Source of the DNA: a virus
Reading direction: 5' to 3' (one strand)
IMG/VR virus record: IMGVR_UViG_3300017963_000225
Location: 1 to 64,000 of that record
DNA length: 64,000 nt
The notes beneath the pieces are model-generated. The model was not told the DNA's origin. It did not search any database and saw nothing but the letters and a program-made list of their open reading frames with translations. Made by a program: the position numbers and the translations under genes. Numbering within the stretch: position 1 is the first letter of the stretch; every line of letters starts with the position of its first letter. Below are positions 62,401 to 64,000 of the stretch, piece after piece.

Positions 62401-64000
62401 ATGGATCATCGACTTGGAGTCGCTCGTGAAGTCGTGGATCTCCACCGACAGCTTGCCATGCCAGTAGGTGGCAGCCGCACGGGAGGCGCGCTTGCCCAGC
62501 CGGGCGTTCACCCGGAAGTGCAGCGGCCGGATGAAACGCACCCCCATGTGATCCATGATGATGTTGGTCTGCTTAATCATTTGCAGGATGCGGAAGCGCT
62601 GATCCTTGTTCGTCTTGGCCAGATCAACGCTACGGATCATGTTGGTGCGCGCCTGCACGGCGTCGTTGACCTCGGGCGGTATTTCGCCCGACAGCAGCGG
62701 GTAGTCCTTCTTGGTGCCCTCTCCCAGCTCGTAGCCGGCCTGGTGCGCGGAGTAGGCCAGCGCTTGGTGGCGCAGCGCGTACTCCTTCTTGAGCCGCAAC
62801 ATCGCCTTGCGGCGGCGCTCATGCTCCTGCAAGGATGCGCCGCTTTCCGCCTGATCGCGCTCGAAGTGATCTCCGGCGCTCCTGGGCTGATCGTCGAGCC
62901 CGAAGGCGGCACGCACGTACCACTGATCCTTCTCGATGTGACGGATGACCGCCAGCATCTCGTCCACCCATTTTTTCTTGGGCATCAGGTGGGCGTTTAC
63001 TTCGAGCTGGTTGTGCTTCAGCCACCACTTCTTGGCTTCCTTCGCCTCGGCCTCACTGCCGAACGAGCCGACCGTGTTTTTGCGGTCCCTGCCGATCGAA
63101 ACCAAGTCGAAAATGCCAGGACGATCCTCGCCGCCGAGGCCGACGCCGCTATGGATTTCATACGTGCGCTCGCGCTCGGCCATGCCACCTCGCTTGAGGC
63201 CCTTGGCCCTCTTGTGGCCCTCGTGCTTCAAAAACCCGTAATAGTTTTTGACGATGGTATGCACGGTGTCGGCGGTCTTCTGCCAGCCGCTCTTATGCCA
63301 CTCGGGGTCGTCGAACACCTCGGCCCAATGCTCATGGTGCTCATTTGGCTTGGTGTGCTCTGGGTGCTGGTCGTTGGCGTGCAGGTAGTCGGCCCAATCG
63401 GATGCTGCCCGCACAACTTCCTTTTGGATCTCTTTGAAATCCTCGCGCTTGGCGTGACCGTGGTCCTTGAGCGCCTTCACCGCTAGTTTCTTTACCGTCT
63501 CGCGATGCCAGTTGTGGTCATCGACCTTGACGTAAACCCCATCAGCCCAGGTGTGGCGCGTGCCGACCGGAACTTTCTTTGCTTTGAAGAGGAAGCGCAC
63601 CGAGGCTTCTCCTTTCTTGAGGCTGCCTCGATGCTCCAGCTCGGCCTTGAGCGAAGCAAGCATAGCCTCGTGTGACTTAATGGCAAATTCGCTTTGCATG
63701 CCCTCGATCTTGGTGATCCGCTCCTTAATCGCCTGCTCGTCGAGGTGAGCATACTTGCGGCCGACGCCGCGCACGTCGAACAGCGTGCCGATCTCGATCT
63801 CAAAGTCTTCCTGGGCGTGCTTCTTGCCGTTGAGCGACTTGTCGTTGTATTTGCGGAAGCCGCCCATGTCGAGCAGCTTGAGGTTTCCATCGCCGTCGCG
63901 GGCAAATTGCAGCTTGTCCCACGGGTAATAGCCCTCCTTGCGGAAGATGCGCCACAGCTCGTCGCGCACCGCCTCGGGCTCGCCGCGCTTGAGGTCGCTC
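59434..64000 (-). CDS. Large polyvalent protein: kinase-like fragment, zincin (HELGH)/LPD1-like region and UvrD-like SF1 helicase (5' end beyond window)
   Basis: Frame open to the window edge; AKAGSGKT, FVDEAQD, VGDPHQAIYGFRGA, SYRC, SSVHKAKGLE, YVAYTRA helicase motifs; IHELGHAID; Y...PTEVFARAFE. Confidence 0.88.
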   Translation of the reverse strand, partial: SDLKRGEPEAVRDELWRIFRKEGYYPWDKLQFARDGDGNLKLLDMGGFRKYNDKSLNGKKHAQEDFEIEIGTLFDVRGVGRKYAHLDEQAIKERITKIEGMQSEFAIKSHEAMLASLKAELEHRGSLKKGEASVRFLFKAKKVPVGTRHTWADGVYVKVDDHNWHRETVKKLAVKALKDHGHAKREDFKEIQKEVVRAASDWADYLHANDQHPEHTKPNEHHEHWAEVFDDPEWHKSGWQKTADTVHTIVKNYYGFLKHEGHKRAKGLKRGGMAERERTYEIHSGVGLGGEDRPGIFDLVSIGRDRKNTVGSFGSEAEAKEAKKWWLKHNQLEVNAHLMPKKKWVDEMLAVIRHIEKDQWYVRAAFGLDDQPRSAGDHFERDQAESGASLQEHERRRKAMLRLKKEYALRHQALAYSAHQAGYELGEGTKKDYPLLSGEIPPEVNDAVQARTNMIRSVDLAKTNKDQRFRILQMIKQTNIIMDHMGVRFIRPLHFRVNARLGKRASRAAATYWHGKLSVEIHDFTSDSKSMIHELGHAIDYAMHEGTDSTPRSAAIASDPELKAKYKEMLELVRSTPYYQWSHKGKMMGQSFSAYLNKPTEVFARAFEVYGLVKAEELIAAGKIDKSYIDNFVPHALYYTKDDPKHADAPDWKYKERIAELMEYILKHDKIRKAVVARIGIKLVDPPAIEPRGGLVRFFFKARKAPVGTRRKWADGTYVKVDDHKWQKEHLPRLAEKTLEAGGYKKRKDYAAIKKEFTAGVKHWANHLHKKDIHPHSTSPDDHHEYFSEMFGDDDWKNSGWEKTAGKIHETVMRYHDLLHEQGKKRVEATAKPEPKKKAEPKKAKSKKEEISDELMEKIWHAHLELEPERTSRDGEASPREEQQNIAMAKRHLAKLMKQAGREVTFEEAVAWDDKRLDKKKQPDDLVTQALKAKAKRRQQEAGTVKQPAEKPPAPKKEPPKQEAPTMQPAVVLPPPSQEPEPKVPVDPEPKDAPGHEPKKPFKPSPYQQAIFDWIEKGSGNAMIDAKAGSGKTATIVRALDVIPRDKSIIFLAFNTSARDELLGRVPQWAVDQKAVRTLNALGFASWARFMGGYNRVKVEKGTKTSAILRDMLQGPEDKTYFGTVKSMVSKAKQMGLAPASLAAHGIKGLVPDTREQWENLIEHFSIEIDYPQTVEHAIRLSRLALEKSIMQKDVIDFDDQFYMPIIYNTPWAKYDFLFVDEAQDVSDIQREAIRRSTDTKTRVVAVGDPHQAIYGFRGANPESLDLIRKQFNAKVFELPISYRCGKKIIELAQTIVPGIKPRPDAQPGEIKDLGTKFKIEDFKQTDMIVCRNNAPLVSMAYKLLRERVPCKVMGRDIGLGMTSLIKKLKPKSLDDLGGKLVEWSKREINKLKLKDPDADTTAIEDKFETLSVFMAESQAKDVDGLVREIESMFKDDEGKKRDSILRLSSVHKAKGLEAPRVFILNHHLMPSSMAKKPWEIVQEKNLMYVAYTRAMDELVFIETAVGGKKLKKALGLDEED

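Noticed and set aside
61540-63486. Plus-strand ORFs of 248 and 372 aa
   Set aside because: Antisense to the motif-rich polyvalent gene; no independent coding signal

Overview
This window is a 64-kb segment of a large contractile-tailed (myovirus-type) dsDNA bacteriophage genome; no host housekeeping genes are visible. All calls come from motif reading and gene order, without database searches. Left end (1-5.1 kb, mostly minus strand): a ParB-like protein (cut by the window edge), a small basic protein, an SPL-like radical SAM enzyme, a JAB/RadC-like protein, RHH regulators, a Lar-like protein and a pentapeptide-repeat protein. 5.3-10.1 kb (plus strand): an early/recombination operon with a RecE-like exonuclease and a RecT/Bet-like recombinase. 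10.2-64 kb (minus strand): one long late region. In transcription order it holds polyvalent putative head-cargo proteins (UvrD helicase, zincin), prohead protease, scaffold, major capsid, neck/fibre genes, sheath, tube, chaperones, tape measure, baseplate, fibres, and a lysis region. Terminase, portal and replication genes are not in the window. Four observations stand out. (1) A porin-cytochrome c / YceI / two-cytochrome-lipoprotein cassette sits between the putative holin and the endolysin. (2) Three tail-fibre-like proteins carry Sec-type signal peptides and a shared N-terminal module, within an ~11-kb block of exported proteins. (3) A >1500-aa polyprotein is built of modules that each begin with SD + (M/V)RFxxKA and a PVGT..ADG.Y.K motif, suggesting a capsid-targeting and protease-release system. 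(4) A full tRNA cloverleaf with an Arg-like body, an ACU anticodon and degenerate D/T loops lies directly after the tail tube gene. The envelope and cytochrome genes suggest a Gram-negative host, possibly Bdellovibrionota/Oligoflexia or Myxococcota; this is inference only.
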